DNA of 64,000 bases from an uncultured Gammaproteobacteria bacterium (GTDB lineage: Bacteria > Patescibacteriota > Patescibacteriia > Magasanikbacterales > UBA922): the NCBI GenBank assembly GCA_964566225.1, contig CAZMHV010000003.1, positions 91,151-155,150 on the forward strand, written 5' to 3'. The notes beneath the pieces are model-generated. The model worked only from the letters and a program-made list of their open reading frames with translations. It was not told where the DNA came from and did no database searches. Made by a program: the position numbers and the translations under genes. Below, piece by piece: positions 26,928-36,351 of this stretch (its first letter is position 1; the number at the start of each line of letters is the position of its first letter).

Positions 26928-26985
26928 AGTACTCTCTACTGTAGTGCAAAAAAAATCCCTGGTCAAGTGTCAGGGATTTTTTACG

Positions 26986-28419
26986 TTAATTTTTGTCTAC
27001 ATATACGACTACCAGTAGGTTCCGCACCACCTGTTCAAGGCTCATAGTTCGTATTCGTTCATTTGCATTTCTTCCTGGGTCATTTACATTGAGAAAAATT
27101 TTGTCATCAGAAAGTGTTCCGAGTGTATTTGCTGGATTTTGTGAGTTGAGTCCAGTAAGTACCACATAATGTCCTCGGTATTCTCGTGCTACTTGACCAC
27201 TTTTGTTAAATCCTTGGCATGGTGCACAATTGTATACCAAAGGTTTTCCACTCGACATGAGGCTGAGTATTTTACTTCGTAATTTTTCTGGGCCTGTTCG
27301 TTTACTAAAAATTTCAGCTTTCATCCCTGGCCATTTTTCTTTGAGTCCCAGCTGCTCAGCATAAATGGTTGGGTACGATTGCCAGCCTCCATTACAACCA
27401 AGACCCCAGGCTGATGTTTCAAGTGGTGTTGTTTTCCAACCATAAAATGCGAGTACCATTGCTAAACTGGTGGTGCCGCAACCTCGTTGGTGAATAGTAG
27501 CACAGTCAGTACCAGTGCCTTTATATGGCCAACCAGGGGATCCAGGTTTACTTTTGGCCCAAGGACCTTCATATTGTGCAAAGTAGGGGACATTATTGTT
27601 ACTGGCGTCACCTGGTGTGGCTACTGAGGGTCCCATTTCACTTGCTGGTTCATCTGCAGGACTCACAATAACTGGAACAGGTTCAATATACTGAACTTTT
27701 AGGTTATCAAATTTGGTAAGATTAGGATTTATGAAGTATAAAATAGTATACGATGCCACGGATACAATAAGACCAATGACTGCCTTTTCAATTGCAGATT
27801 TTTGTGCGGTAATAACTTCAGCACTTCCTGCTGAACGTACCCATAAAAATCCTGCATTTATAATTATAACTACTGCTATAATGCCTGCGGCAGCAATACC
27901 ATATCGGTATGCCGCTTTAATATACTCTCCTAAAATAGGAATAGATAAATAATTGCCACCATTTTCATTGATAACTTTGGGTTTAGAAAAAGTAAGTCCT
28001 GGAATTTTTATTTTTAATTCAGGAACTGATGTGAGTTTTTTAATTTCGTCTGCACCAAGAGTTGAGTCAGTCAAAAAGTCCCAATTAGAGGTTCCCTTTG
28101 TTCCACCTTGAGGGAAAAATGTTCGTAAATTACTTCGGCAGTAGTCAAGCCCAAGAGTTCCATCACCACCATTGACACAGGCCCATTCTTCACCTGCCTG
28201 ACGTCCATACTGTTGTTCACAATCAGATGCAAATGAACAATCACAATATGCTTTATTATCTTTGGCATTTTCACAGTCATTTGAGGCACATTGAGACTTA
28301 TTGGAACATTGAAGACCAAATTTTAGTTTGTCGTCTACTGCGAGTACTGTATAGGGAAATACAAAAAATTCAAATACAAAACAGATCAGTACTCCGAAAA
28401 AAAGAAAGTGTTTTTTCAT
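26986..28419 (-). CDS. Secreted/membrane-anchored protein: signal peptide, Cys-rich region, one TM helix, and a C-terminal papain-like (C39-like) cysteine peptidase domain
   Basis: Signal peptide MKKHFLFFGVLICFVFEFFVF. Cys-rich CSNKSQCASNDCENAKDNKAYCDC. Catalytic Cys context GCGTTSLAMVLAFYG and His context YRGHYVVLTG. Confidence 0.55.
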   Translation of the reverse strand: MKKHFLFFGVLICFVFEFFVFPYTVLAVDDKLKFGLQCSNKSQCASNDCENAKDNKAYCDCSFASDCEQQYGRQAGEEWACVNGGDGTLGLDYCRSNLRTFFPQGGTKGTSNWDFLTDSTLGADEIKKLTSVPELKIKIPGLTFSKPKVINENGGNYLSIPILGEYIKAAYRYGIAAAGIIAVVIIINAGFLWVRSAGSAEVITAQKSAIEKAVIGLIVSVASYTILYFINPNLTKFDNLKVQYIEPVPVIVSPADEPASEMGPSVATPGDASNNNVPYFAQYEGPWAKSKPGSPGWPYKGTGTDCATIHQRGCGTTSLAMVLAFYGWKTTPLETSAWGLGCNGGWQSYPTIYAEQLGLKEKWPGMKAEIFSKRTGPEKLRSKILSLMSSGKPLVYNCAPCQGFNKSGQVAREYRGHYVVLTGLNSQNPANTLGTLSDDKIFLNVNDPGRNANERIRTMSLEQVVRNLLVVVYVDKN

Positions 28420-28424
28420 ATAAA

Positions 28425-29078
28425 TTACAATGAGAGTAGAGCTTTCCATCCATCAACACTGGTTGGAGGATTGATTTGTGTATTGTTGAAAAAAATTGTT
28501 GGAACAGTTTGAATACTCAGAGCTTCAGCCAGTTGTTCAATTTTTTTCATATAGGAGGTCGTGTCTGGTGCGCTTAAACAGGATGTGAGTGTTTTGGCAT
28601 TGAGTCCGATTTGTTCTGCAAGGGCAGGTAAGTTTTCTTCAGAAAGTGCCGTACTGTTGGCAAATGCAATTTCTGACCACTCAGAAAATTTATTTTGTTT
28701 TGATGCACAAAATCCATATTGTACGGCAAGTGTCGTGTCAATAGGAACTTTTTCAACAGACAGGCCTTTCCAAATAATTTTTAGTTTACCTGGATTTTGT
28801 AGCATCAGCTCTTGGAGAAGTGTAAATTCTTCTTTGCACGATTCACAACCAAAATCTCCAAAAACGATCAATGTTTTGCTTGCATTTTTGGGTCCTAAAA
28901 TTGGGTCTTCTGGAAAGAGTGGTATAACTCCCTTAGCATTGCTTTTATCTATATCTGGGAGTGTATTGGATACAGGGGTTGGGTTGAGCGGATGGTATTG
29001 GATCACTCGAATAAAAAAGAATATGCTCAGGAGTAAAAGAGCGGGAAGAAATATAAATAAAAGGTGTTTGATACTCAT
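28425..29078 (-). CDS. DsbA-like thioredoxin-fold disulfide oxidoreductase with an N-terminal anchor
   Basis: CxxC active site FGDFGCESCKEE in a thioredoxin-like context. Confidence 0.7.
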   Translation of the reverse strand: MSIKHLLFIFLPALLLLSIFFFIRVIQYHPLNPTPVSNTLPDIDKSNAKGVIPLFPEDPILGPKNASKTLIVFGDFGCESCKEEFTLLQELMLQNPGKLKIIWKGLSVEKVPIDTTLAVQYGFCASKQNKFSEWSEIAFANSTALSEENLPALAEQIGLNAKTLTSCLSAPDTTSYMKKIEQLAEALSIQTVPTIFFNNTQINPPTSVDGWKALLSL

Positions 29079-29095
29079 AGGGATACAAATGTGGT

Positions 29096-30319
29096 TTATA
29101 GTGGTACTTTAAAAAGTCCAGGTTTTCGTTTGTCTGTAAAATACATTGTCTTGCCATCATCACCCAAAAACATTTTTTCTACAACATATCCATCACTTTG
29201 CATTGGTACTACTTCTTTATTGCCGGTTTTTACATCAATACGATAGATTTGGTCGGGTGTATTATCTGAGACACTTGGTGCAATACCCGCACCTGTTTCC
29301 ATTTCTTCGGGTACGCCACAGTAAATATATTGAGCGTTTGCAAAAGAACATTTTTCTGGCCAGGTATTTACATTGAGAAGTTTTCTTTCGTTTCCAATAG
29401 AACTTGGTTCAGCATCAACAACCCACAGTTGTGGTTTGAAGTCACTTTGTGAACTGTAAACGCTATAGATAAGCTTGTCTCCACTTGGAGACCAACTACT
29501 TTTAAATCCACGACCTTCTACTACCATAGATTTAAAGTTTTCTTTGTTTTGTCCTACAAATAAAATTTCTTGTCTATCTTGATCCATTGCCTCTCCGGTT
29601 CTTGATGTTGCTAAAATTTGTTGATTTGGAGACCAACTCACATCAACTTTACTGGCATTTTCACCCATGGGTTCAATGAGTTTCAAATTATTTCCATCTG
29701 GGTTTGCAGTAATGAGCCAACGATTTTCTGGTGAGTATCCCAAACTTTTGGCAGCAATAGCAGATCCGTCTTTGTCAAAACTAAACTGTTCCCAATGTTT
29801 TGGCAAAGAGACTTGTTTTTTTTCATTAAAGTCATAAAAAATATTTGATCCATCTGGGTATTCAATAATTGATTTGGTATCCTTGGGTGACCAGGTAACA
29901 TTTTGAACATTATAAAAAACTTCATTTGAGAGGAGTTCCATTTCACCATTTGAATTTATTTTGTAAAAATGTCCATCTTGTTTGTTATAAAATCGAACTG
30001 AACCATTGGCATCAACCGATGGCTCTAATATATTTTCTGTCACCACTTGTTGTACTTGCAGTTGTCTATTTAAAATAGCTTGTTCTCGGTCACTTGGCCG
30101 ATTAGTACTGGGGAGTGATGTGGACCCTGGTGGTCTTGAAGAAATTTCTCTGTCACCTGAAGTAGGAAGTTGTCCTTTTTGTCCAGGACTGGTGATAGGT
30201 GTGGTCCCTCTCGGAGGAGCTGTTACTGATTTTTTGAAAAAAACAAAATAGAGCAGTGTACCAAGTGCCAAACACACTACCAAAAAAATGATAATGAGTA
30301 CGAGACGTTTTTTATCCAT
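29096..30319 (-). CDS. TolB-like periplasmic beta-propeller protein (PD40/WD40-like repeats) with an N-terminal TM anchor
   Basis: Repeated ...SWSP..(DG)..LI(Y)... units, e.g. VTWSPKD, VSWSPNQQ, SWSPSGDKLIY. Confidence 0.6.
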   Translation of the reverse strand: MDKKRLVLIIIFLVVCLALGTLLYFVFFKKSVTAPPRGTTPITSPGQKGQLPTSGDREISSRPPGSTSLPSTNRPSDREQAILNRQLQVQQVVTENILEPSVDANGSVRFYNKQDGHFYKINSNGEMELLSNEVFYNVQNVTWSPKDTKSIIEYPDGSNIFYDFNEKKQVSLPKHWEQFSFDKDGSAIAAKSLGYSPENRWLITANPDGNNLKLIEPMGENASKVDVSWSPNQQILATSRTGEAMDQDRQEILFVGQNKENFKSMVVEGRGFKSSWSPSGDKLIYSVYSSQSDFKPQLWVVDAEPSSIGNERKLLNVNTWPEKCSFANAQYIYCGVPEEMETGAGIAPSVSDNTPDQIYRIDVKTGNKEVVPMQSDGYVVEKMFLGDDGKTMYFTDKRKPGLFKVPL

Positions 30320-30343
30320 ACAAAAAAGATAAGACTAGTATTG

Positions 30344-31918
30344 TTATGAATTTTGTTGTTGATTTTGTGGGTTACCCTGAGATATTCCTCGGTTGATAAG
30401 TTTGTGTCTTTTTTTGCCGAGTTCTCCAATTTCTTTCCATTTTTTTTGAATAGGAAGAGTCAAATCAGATCGCTTTTTGCGCAGTGGTTTCATGTCCATT
30501 TTTATTTTTTTTCGTTCTGCTATATTTTTTCCAATACTTATAACTATTTGAACCATGTGGGCTAAAATTATCATACCGACACCGACTACCAGCAGTACGA
30601 GTCCAAGCAGTGTTGCTGCGAGCGCATAGACTACTTTACTAAAAATTATGGTATCAAGTTTCGTTATTTCTCTGTCCATCTTGCCGAGTTCTTTATCAAC
30701 TTCTCGGACTTTGGGTTCATAATTTTTTTTGATATCTTCTTTGATAGCGTCCATCTGTTGCTCGAGTTTTTTGATATCTGCTGCAAAACGCATTTGGTTC
30801 ATCATTTGTACGGCACGACTTTGTTCTTTGGGATTTTTTTCTTCTGGTCCATAGGGTTCGTCGTTGGGTTCACCTTGACCTTCTTGTTGATTTTCTCCAG
30901 GTTGTCCGTTGTTTTGTTCTGCTTCATCTGGATTTTCTCCTGGAGAACGTTGTTTGTTTCCATCCTGTTGCTCTGTGGTTGGTTCTTGATCTTGATTATG
31001 TTGTGGATTTTTTGCATTTTCTTGTTCTTTTGGAGGTTGGGTATCTCCTGCAGGTTGGTTTTCTTGTTGTCCTGTCTCTGCACCATTTTGTGGATCTACT
31101 CCACTTGGACCGTCTGGGTTTTGAGCCTGTGCAGTACTTTGGTCAAGAGCATCAAGGTTTCTTTTTTTTGCGTCGTCAATGTCATTTTGCGTGATATCAT
31201 CGTGAGGTTTATCGTTTCCCTGTGCAAGAGCTTGGTCAGCGCGGTTTGCTCTATCTTCTTTTTGTTTTTGTTCAATATCATCAAGAGCTTTTTTCTGTGC
31301 ATTGTCAATATCATTTTGGGTAATATCATCGTGAGGCTGATCATTTCCTTGTGCCAGAGCCTGGTCAGCACGGTTGGCTCTGTCCTCATTTTGTTTTTGT
31401 TCGATATCATCTGCAGATCTTTTTTGGGCATCATCAAGGTCATTTTGACTCATGTCCTGCTCTGGCTGATTACTTCCATTTTGAATAGCTCTGTCAGCAC
31501 GGTTGGCTCTGTCTTCATTTTGTTGTTGATCAGTTTCACCAAAATTTTCAAGTGTCTGTTGTGCATGTTCTACAGGATTTGCGCCTTGTTTTTGTGCACG
31601 TTTTGCAGCAAGCTCATCAATAGGTGCATCCTTTTCAGGTGAAATTTCTGTGTCATCATTTTCTGGTCGAATTGTTTGATCATTAAGACCAATAAGTGGC
31701 ATCATTGCTGACTCTTCGTTTACATTTCGAAGTGCCTTGTCAGCTTGCTCCGCTTCAAGGGCTTCAGCCATCATTTCTTTGGCCATTTCTTTAATAGGTT
31801 CCAAGTCCATGTTGACCACATGCAGTTTCACGCCATTTTCTCCACTATTTTCAATAGCATCGGTGAGGGCACCTTCAATATCAAACTCACTGTCATCAAT
31901 TTTTTCAGCAGCAGACAT
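30344..31918 (-). CDS. Acidic low-complexity, repeat-containing protein with a C-terminal TM segment (524 aa)
   Basis: Three tandem ~41-aa repeats (QNEDRANRADQALAQGNDQPHDDITQNDIDNAQKKALDDIEQK) and a hydrophobic stretch VVYALAATLLGLVLLVVGVGMIILAHMVQIV. Confidence 0.6.
   Translation of the reverse strand: MSAAEKIDDSEFDIEGALTDAIENSGENGVKLHVVNMDLEPIKEMAKEMMAEALEAEQADKALRNVNEESAMMPLIGLNDQTIRPENDDTEISPEKDAPIDELAAKRAQKQGANPVEHAQQTLENFGETDQQQNEDRANRADRAIQNGSNQPEQDMSQNDLDDAQKRSADDIEQKQNEDRANRADQALAQGNDQPHDDITQNDIDNAQKKALDDIEQKQKEDRANRADQALAQGNDKPHDDITQNDIDDAKKRNLDALDQSTAQAQNPDGPSGVDPQNGAETGQQENQPAGDTQPPKEQENAKNPQHNQDQEPTTEQQDGNKQRSPGENPDEAEQNNGQPGENQQEGQGEPNDEPYGPEEKNPKEQSRAVQMMNQMRFAADIKKLEQQMDAIKEDIKKNYEPKVREVDKELGKMDREITKLDTIIFSKVVYALAATLLGLVLLVVGVGMIILAHMVQIVISIGKNIAERKKIKMDMKPLRKKRSDLTLPIQKKWKEIGELGKKRHKLINRGISQGNPQNQQQNS
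31150..31525. repeat. Three diverged tandem copies of a ~123-bp unit inside the CDS 30344-31918
   Basis: Repeated DNA blocks ...tcattttgggtaatatcatcgtgaggctgatcatttccttgtgccagagcctggtcagcacggttggctctgtc... Boundaries are approximate. Confidence 0.6.
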
Positions 31919-31921
31919 ACG

Positions 31922-32248
31922 TTAAAAAAATATTTGGAATGAGTTTTTGAGTTGGAAGCATTCTTTATAATACTCAGTCACAATTTTATTCATTTTTTCT
32001 GTGTCAAAATTTTTTTGAGCTTTTTCAAGTTCAAGCGTACATAACTCTGCTCGTACACGAATAATTTTTTTCAAAAATTTTTTAATGGCTTCTGTATCAT
32101 GTGCTGAAACTGACTGCGCAAGTACAAGTTTATAGTGAGCAAGTTTTTCTCGGCTAAGATTTTCACGTGATTCTAATGATGAAGTAGCACTGTGTACATT
32201 TTTTTGTCTTGCTTTTTGCAGACGGATTGCTGTTTGAGTGCTGTCCAT
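31922..32248 (-). CDS. Hypothetical protein, 108 aa
   Basis: Co-directional ORF packed between clpC and the repeat-protein gene. No domain recognised. Confidence 0.45.
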   Translation of the reverse strand: MDSTQTAIRLQKARQKNVHSATSSLESRENLSREKLAHYKLVLAQSVSAHDTEAIKKFLKKIIRVRAELCTLELEKAQKNFDTEKMNKIVTEYYKECFQLKNSFQIFF

Positions 32249-32258
32249 AGGTGAACAT

Positions 32259-34811
32259 TTATCCTAAAATAACCTTGCCTTCTTTTTCTTGTAATAAAAA
32301 TTTATTTTTATGGTTTTTTTGTTCCAAGACTTCAATAGCCAAGGTATTAATCGTTTCATCGACTACTTTTTCGGTCAGTCGGGCGCCTTCATCTGCCTGA
32401 AAAGCTGACTGTGCTAATTTTTGGAGTGCTGATTTTTCGGGTGTAATAGAAAAATTGTAATTTTTTTGAAAGTTTTGACTGAGTATATCAATTCGTTTTT
32501 GTACAATCATTTCAATTTCTGTAAGTCCGAGTGATTCAAAATTAATTACAGCACTCATTCGTCCGAGGAGGGCAGAATCAAGTGAGCTGCGGAGGCGTGC
32601 TTCTACTGCTTTACTTAAATTTTTGGTATATTCTTTTTTTTCTGAATCAGAATTCAGCCGTTGGCTGCTGTGACCAAACCCAATGCCGGTTGATTTGTAG
32701 AGTTCTGATCCCAGATTGGTCGTCAGTACAATAATTGCATTTTTGAAATTAATTTTTTTGCCACTGCTATCGGTGAGTTCTCCTTCATCAAGAATTTGCA
32801 AGAGAAGTCGAATTACATCTGGGTGAGCCTTGTCAATTTCATCAAAGAGCACGACAGAAAATGGTCTTCGTTTCATTTTGTCAGTAAATTGGTTGCGTTC
32901 TTTGTACCCAATGTAGCCAGCAGGGGAGCCAAGAAGTTTGGAAATACCATGTTGTTCGGCAAATTCACTCATATCCAGCTTGAGGAGAGCTTGGTCACTG
33001 TGATAGAGTTTCTCTGCTACAAGTTTGGCCAGTGCTGTTTTACCTACTCCCGAAGGTCCTGCAAACAAAAATGAAGCGAGTGGTTTTTTTCGGCTATTGT
33101 TGAGGTAGGCACGTTTCAGTGTGGAGACCACGGTGTCAATAGCTAGGTCTTGTCCAACCAGAGTTTCTTTGAGGGCTTTGCCAAGTGTGGCAAGTTCATT
33201 CCATTCATTGGACAGTAAAACGCTTTCATCAATATGAAGTTTGTGATGCAATACACGGGCAATATCTGTTTTTTGTACAGGGGGTCTTTTTTTGGAAGAT
33301 CCTTTGGTAGCATTTTTTTTCTTATTGAGGTCAGTTAACTTTTTGTCTATTTTTTCAATTTTTTCTTTACATTTATTAGCCTCAGTAAATTTTTCATTTA
33401 CAATTGCCTCTTGTTTTTCTTTTTCCAAATTTTCTTTTTGTGCAACCAGATCAAAAATTTCTTTTTGGAGTGGAGTGGTTTTTTGTCGTACTTTTACCGA
33501 AGCAGAGCCTTCGTCAATAAGATCAATTGCTTTGTCTGGAAGAAAATTATCATGAATATATTTGATACTCATATCAACGGCTGCAACCACAGCTTCGTCA
33601 GTAATTTGGACATGATGATATTCTTCGTAATTTTTTTTGAGTCCGTGAAGAATTTTTATAGTATCATCTCTGGTTGGTTCTTCTACTACAATAGACTGAA
33701 ACCGACGTTCGAGTGCTGGATCAGAGGAAATATATTTTTTAAATTCATCGAGTGTTGTGGCCCCAATACAACGCAGTTGGCCACGAGCCAAGGCCGGTTT
33801 AAGAATGTTGGCTGCATCCATGGTTCCTTGGTTGGAACCCGCTCCAATAATATTGTGGAGTTCATCGACAAACAAAATAGTATCTTCTTTTTTGGTGAGT
33901 TCTTCAATAGTTTGTTTGAGACGGGCTTCAAATTCTCCACGGTAAATTGTTCCTGAAACAAGTAATGCCAAATCGAGTGAAAGAATTTTTTTATTGCGTA
34001 AAATATCGGGTACATTGCCCTCTGCAATACGTTTGGCAAGACCCTCTACAATAGCGGTTTTGCCCACCCCTGGTTCACCTACGAGCACTGGATTATTTTT
34101 GGTTCGTCTACAAAGAATATCGATCATTCGCTCAATTTCAAGCTCTCTGCCTATAACAGGATCGATATTTTTTTGAGCCTCTTTGGCCGTGAGATTGGTA
34201 GTGAAAACATCAAGCGCTGTGACTGGTTTTTTGGGCAGGTGTTGTTTTGAGTGAGAACCATCTGGTGAAGGTGAATTTTCTTGGTTTTCTACAATTTCTT
34301 GAATTTCTTCAATAGCTGCCGTCACATCTTCGACTTGTGGAAATTTACTGGTGCTTGAAAGTACACTGTTGAGTTCTGTATCAATTTCTTTTTTGGAAAT
34401 ACCAATATCTTTGATAAGATTATGCAAGTCTTTATCTGTGCCTACCAGTAATCCAAAGAGTAAGTGTTCAGTGCCAACATATTTGTGTTGGTACTCATAT
34501 GCTAGGAGCATAGCCTTTTCAAGTGCTGTTCGCGCAGCTTTATTGAGTTCAGGAAGTGTTTTTAGGAGAGCTGGTGGTTTTTCGTCAAATGGAAGATGTG
34601 AAATACGGTGTTCGATTTCTTCTTTGGGAATACGCAACTTTTGAATTACTTCAGCGCCAAGACATCCACTTTCATCACTCATGGCAAGCAGAAGATGGAG
34701 TGGAGAAACCTCAAAATTATGCATATTCGCTGCATATTCAATAGCTTTGGCGACGGTGTTTTTGAGGTGAGTAGAGAGGTTACTCAAAATATCTTTCGGC
34801 TGCATGGTCAA
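32259..34811 (-). CDS. clpC: Clp/Hsp100 AAA+ chaperone, ClpC-like (Clp_N domain, two AAA+ modules, short middle domain)
   Basis: Walker A GEPGVGKTA and GPSGVGKTA, ClpA/B signature regions, N-terminal Clp_N repeat. Length 850 aa. Confidence 0.85.
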   Translation of the reverse strand: MTMQPKDILSNLSTHLKNTVAKAIEYAANMHNFEVSPLHLLLAMSDESGCLGAEVIQKLRIPKEEIEHRISHLPFDEKPPALLKTLPELNKAARTALEKAMLLAYEYQHKYVGTEHLLFGLLVGTDKDLHNLIKDIGISKKEIDTELNSVLSSTSKFPQVEDVTAAIEEIQEIVENQENSPSPDGSHSKQHLPKKPVTALDVFTTNLTAKEAQKNIDPVIGRELEIERMIDILCRRTKNNPVLVGEPGVGKTAIVEGLAKRIAEGNVPDILRNKKILSLDLALLVSGTIYRGEFEARLKQTIEELTKKEDTILFVDELHNIIGAGSNQGTMDAANILKPALARGQLRCIGATTLDEFKKYISSDPALERRFQSIVVEEPTRDDTIKILHGLKKNYEEYHHVQITDEAVVAAVDMSIKYIHDNFLPDKAIDLIDEGSASVKVRQKTTPLQKEIFDLVAQKENLEKEKQEAIVNEKFTEANKCKEKIEKIDKKLTDLNKKKNATKGSSKKRPPVQKTDIARVLHHKLHIDESVLLSNEWNELATLGKALKETLVGQDLAIDTVVSTLKRAYLNNSRKKPLASFLFAGPSGVGKTALAKLVAEKLYHSDQALLKLDMSEFAEQHGISKLLGSPAGYIGYKERNQFTDKMKRRPFSVVLFDEIDKAHPDVIRLLLQILDEGELTDSSGKKINFKNAIIVLTTNLGSELYKSTGIGFGHSSQRLNSDSEKKEYTKNLSKAVEARLRSSLDSALLGRMSAVINFESLGLTEIEMIVQKRIDILSQNFQKNYNFSITPEKSALQKLAQSAFQADEGARLTEKVVDETINTLAIEVLEQKNHKNKFLLQEKEGKVILG

Positions 34812-34911
34812 AAAAATTATACATAAAAAATCGTTGCTCTGTGCACACTAGCATTTCAAACGCTTTTATTATATACTAATTTTGCCTTTTTCGCAAAGTA
34901 AATTTACTCCT

Positions 34912-36288
34912 ATGAATTTTAAAGACTCCATATTTAAAGCGTATGATATTCGCGGTCTCGTGACTGGTGAACTTTCTCCTGAATTAGCCTATCGAGTGGG
35001 TCGGGCGTTTGTGCAGGTGCTCCGCGCTGAAAGTGTTGTATTTGAAGGTAAAAAGTTGGTAGTAGGGTATGACATGCGTCCCACCAGTCTGCCTTTCAAA
35101 GAGCAAGTTATTCGAGGATTTCAAGACGAAGGAGTTGACGTGGTAGATATTGGTATGGCTTCCACCCCACTGTTTAACTTTGCCTGTGCGCATTTTGATG
35201 AATATGTGGGAGGAATTATGGTGACGGCGAGTCACAATCCTGCCGAGTACAATGGGTTCAAGCTTACCCGTGCCGATGGGTTGCCTGTAGGTAAGGGGAC
35301 TGGCATGGAAATGATTCGTGAGTTGGTACAGACTGCTGAGTTTGCAGATGCTGCGGCTCGTGGCAGTGTTTCGGTTCGAGATGTTCGTGAAGATTATTTT
35401 GCTAAGTTATTTTCTTTGGTGCCACAAGGAGAGATGTACCCTTTGAAAGTGGTGATCGACGGGGGCAATGGTATGGGAAGTGTGACTTTTTTTGAATTAC
35501 TCAAAAAATTACCGATTGATGTAGAATATTTATACATGGAACCAGATGGAACCTTTCCCAACCATGAGGCAAATCCGTTGAAAGTGGAAACACTTCGTGA
35601 TTTGCAAGCCAAAGTGCTTGAAACTGGTGCCGATTTTGGATTTGCGCTTGATGGCGATGCCGACCGTATTGGACTCGTAGATGAACAGGGGAATGTAGTG
35701 GATGCTTCGTTTGTGGGAGCACTCCTCGGCCTTGAATCACTCAAAAATAATCCTGGTATGCTGATGCTGTACGATTTACGTTCCAGTCAGATAGGCAAAG
35801 AATTGTGGGAAGCCCAAGGCGCTCGCACCCAAATGTCTATGGTAGGGCATGCGCTTATCAAAAACATGATGAAACAAACCGGAGCCAAGTTTGCGAGTGA
35901 ACTTTCACTGCATATTTTTCATGGATCTTTATACAATTTGGAGTCCAGTGATTTGTGCTTTTTGTATGTGGTGCAAATGCTTTCCCGTGAACAAAAATCA
36001 CTGAGTAGCCTGGTGGCGCCACTTCAAAAATATGCACATTCAGGTGAAATAAACTTTGAAGTAGAAAAAAAAGATGAGGCCATGCAAAAGATTGAAGAAA
36101 CTTTTTTGGGTGAAGCACAAGAAATTTCTCACCTTGATGGACTCTGGATGCGCTTTGACTGGGGATTTTTTTCTGTACGAAAATCCAATACTGAGCCAGT
36201 GCTTCGCTTGAATGTGGAGTCTCTCAGTAAAGAGATCACGGACGAAAAAGTTGGTGAAGTAAAAGGAATTATTGAAAGTTTTGCCTAA
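34912..36288 (+). CDS. Phosphomannomutase/phosphoglucomutase (alpha-D-phosphohexomutase family)
   Basis: Active-site Ser motif TASHNPAEYNGFK and the metal-binding loop FALDGDADR. Confidence 0.8.
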   Translation: MNFKDSIFKAYDIRGLVTGELSPELAYRVGRAFVQVLRAESVVFEGKKLVVGYDMRPTSLPFKEQVIRGFQDEGVDVVDIGMASTPLFNFACAHFDEYVGGIMVTASHNPAEYNGFKLTRADGLPVGKGTGMEMIRELVQTAEFADAAARGSVSVRDVREDYFAKLFSLVPQGEMYPLKVVIDGGNGMGSVTFFELLKKLPIDVEYLYMEPDGTFPNHEANPLKVETLRDLQAKVLETGADFGFALDGDADRIGLVDEQGNVVDASFVGALLGLESLKNNPGMLMLYDLRSSQIGKELWEAQGARTQMSMVGHALIKNMMKQTGAKFASELSLHIFHGSLYNLESSDLCFLYVVQMLSREQKSLSSLVAPLQKYAHSGEINFEVEKKDEAMQKIEETFLGEAQEISHLDGLWMRFDWGFFSVRKSNTEPVLRLNVESLSKEITDEKVGEVKGIIESFA

Positions 36289-36298
36289 ACAGTTTTTT

Positions 36299-36340
36299 AT
36301 AAAAATAAAAAGCTACCTGCACAAACAGATAGCTTTTTTG
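36299..36340. terminator. Bidirectional terminator-like hairpin
   Basis: aaaagctacctg-cacaaa-cagatagctttttt, with one mismatch in the stem. Confidence 0.45.
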
Positions 36341-36351
36341 TAATAATGTTA

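Noticed and set aside
30758-31642. 294-aa plus-strand ORF antisense to the acidic repeat protein
   Set aside because: Its leucine/phenylalanine-rich translation arises from antisense reading of a GAx-rich acidic gene. It has no independent signals and overlaps a gene with clear repeat structure.
33411-33956. Plus-strand ORFs antisense to clpC (and similar ones antisense to rel, topA, recG and radA)
   Set aside because: Each is fully contained within a well-supported conserved gene on the opposite strand. They are typical AT-rich shadow ORFs.
34812-34881. Possible CtsR operator upstream of clpC
   Set aside because: Only a single GGTCAAA-like heptad (ggtcaaaaaaa) is present. It is not the tandem direct repeat required for CtsR, and no ctsR gene is in the window.
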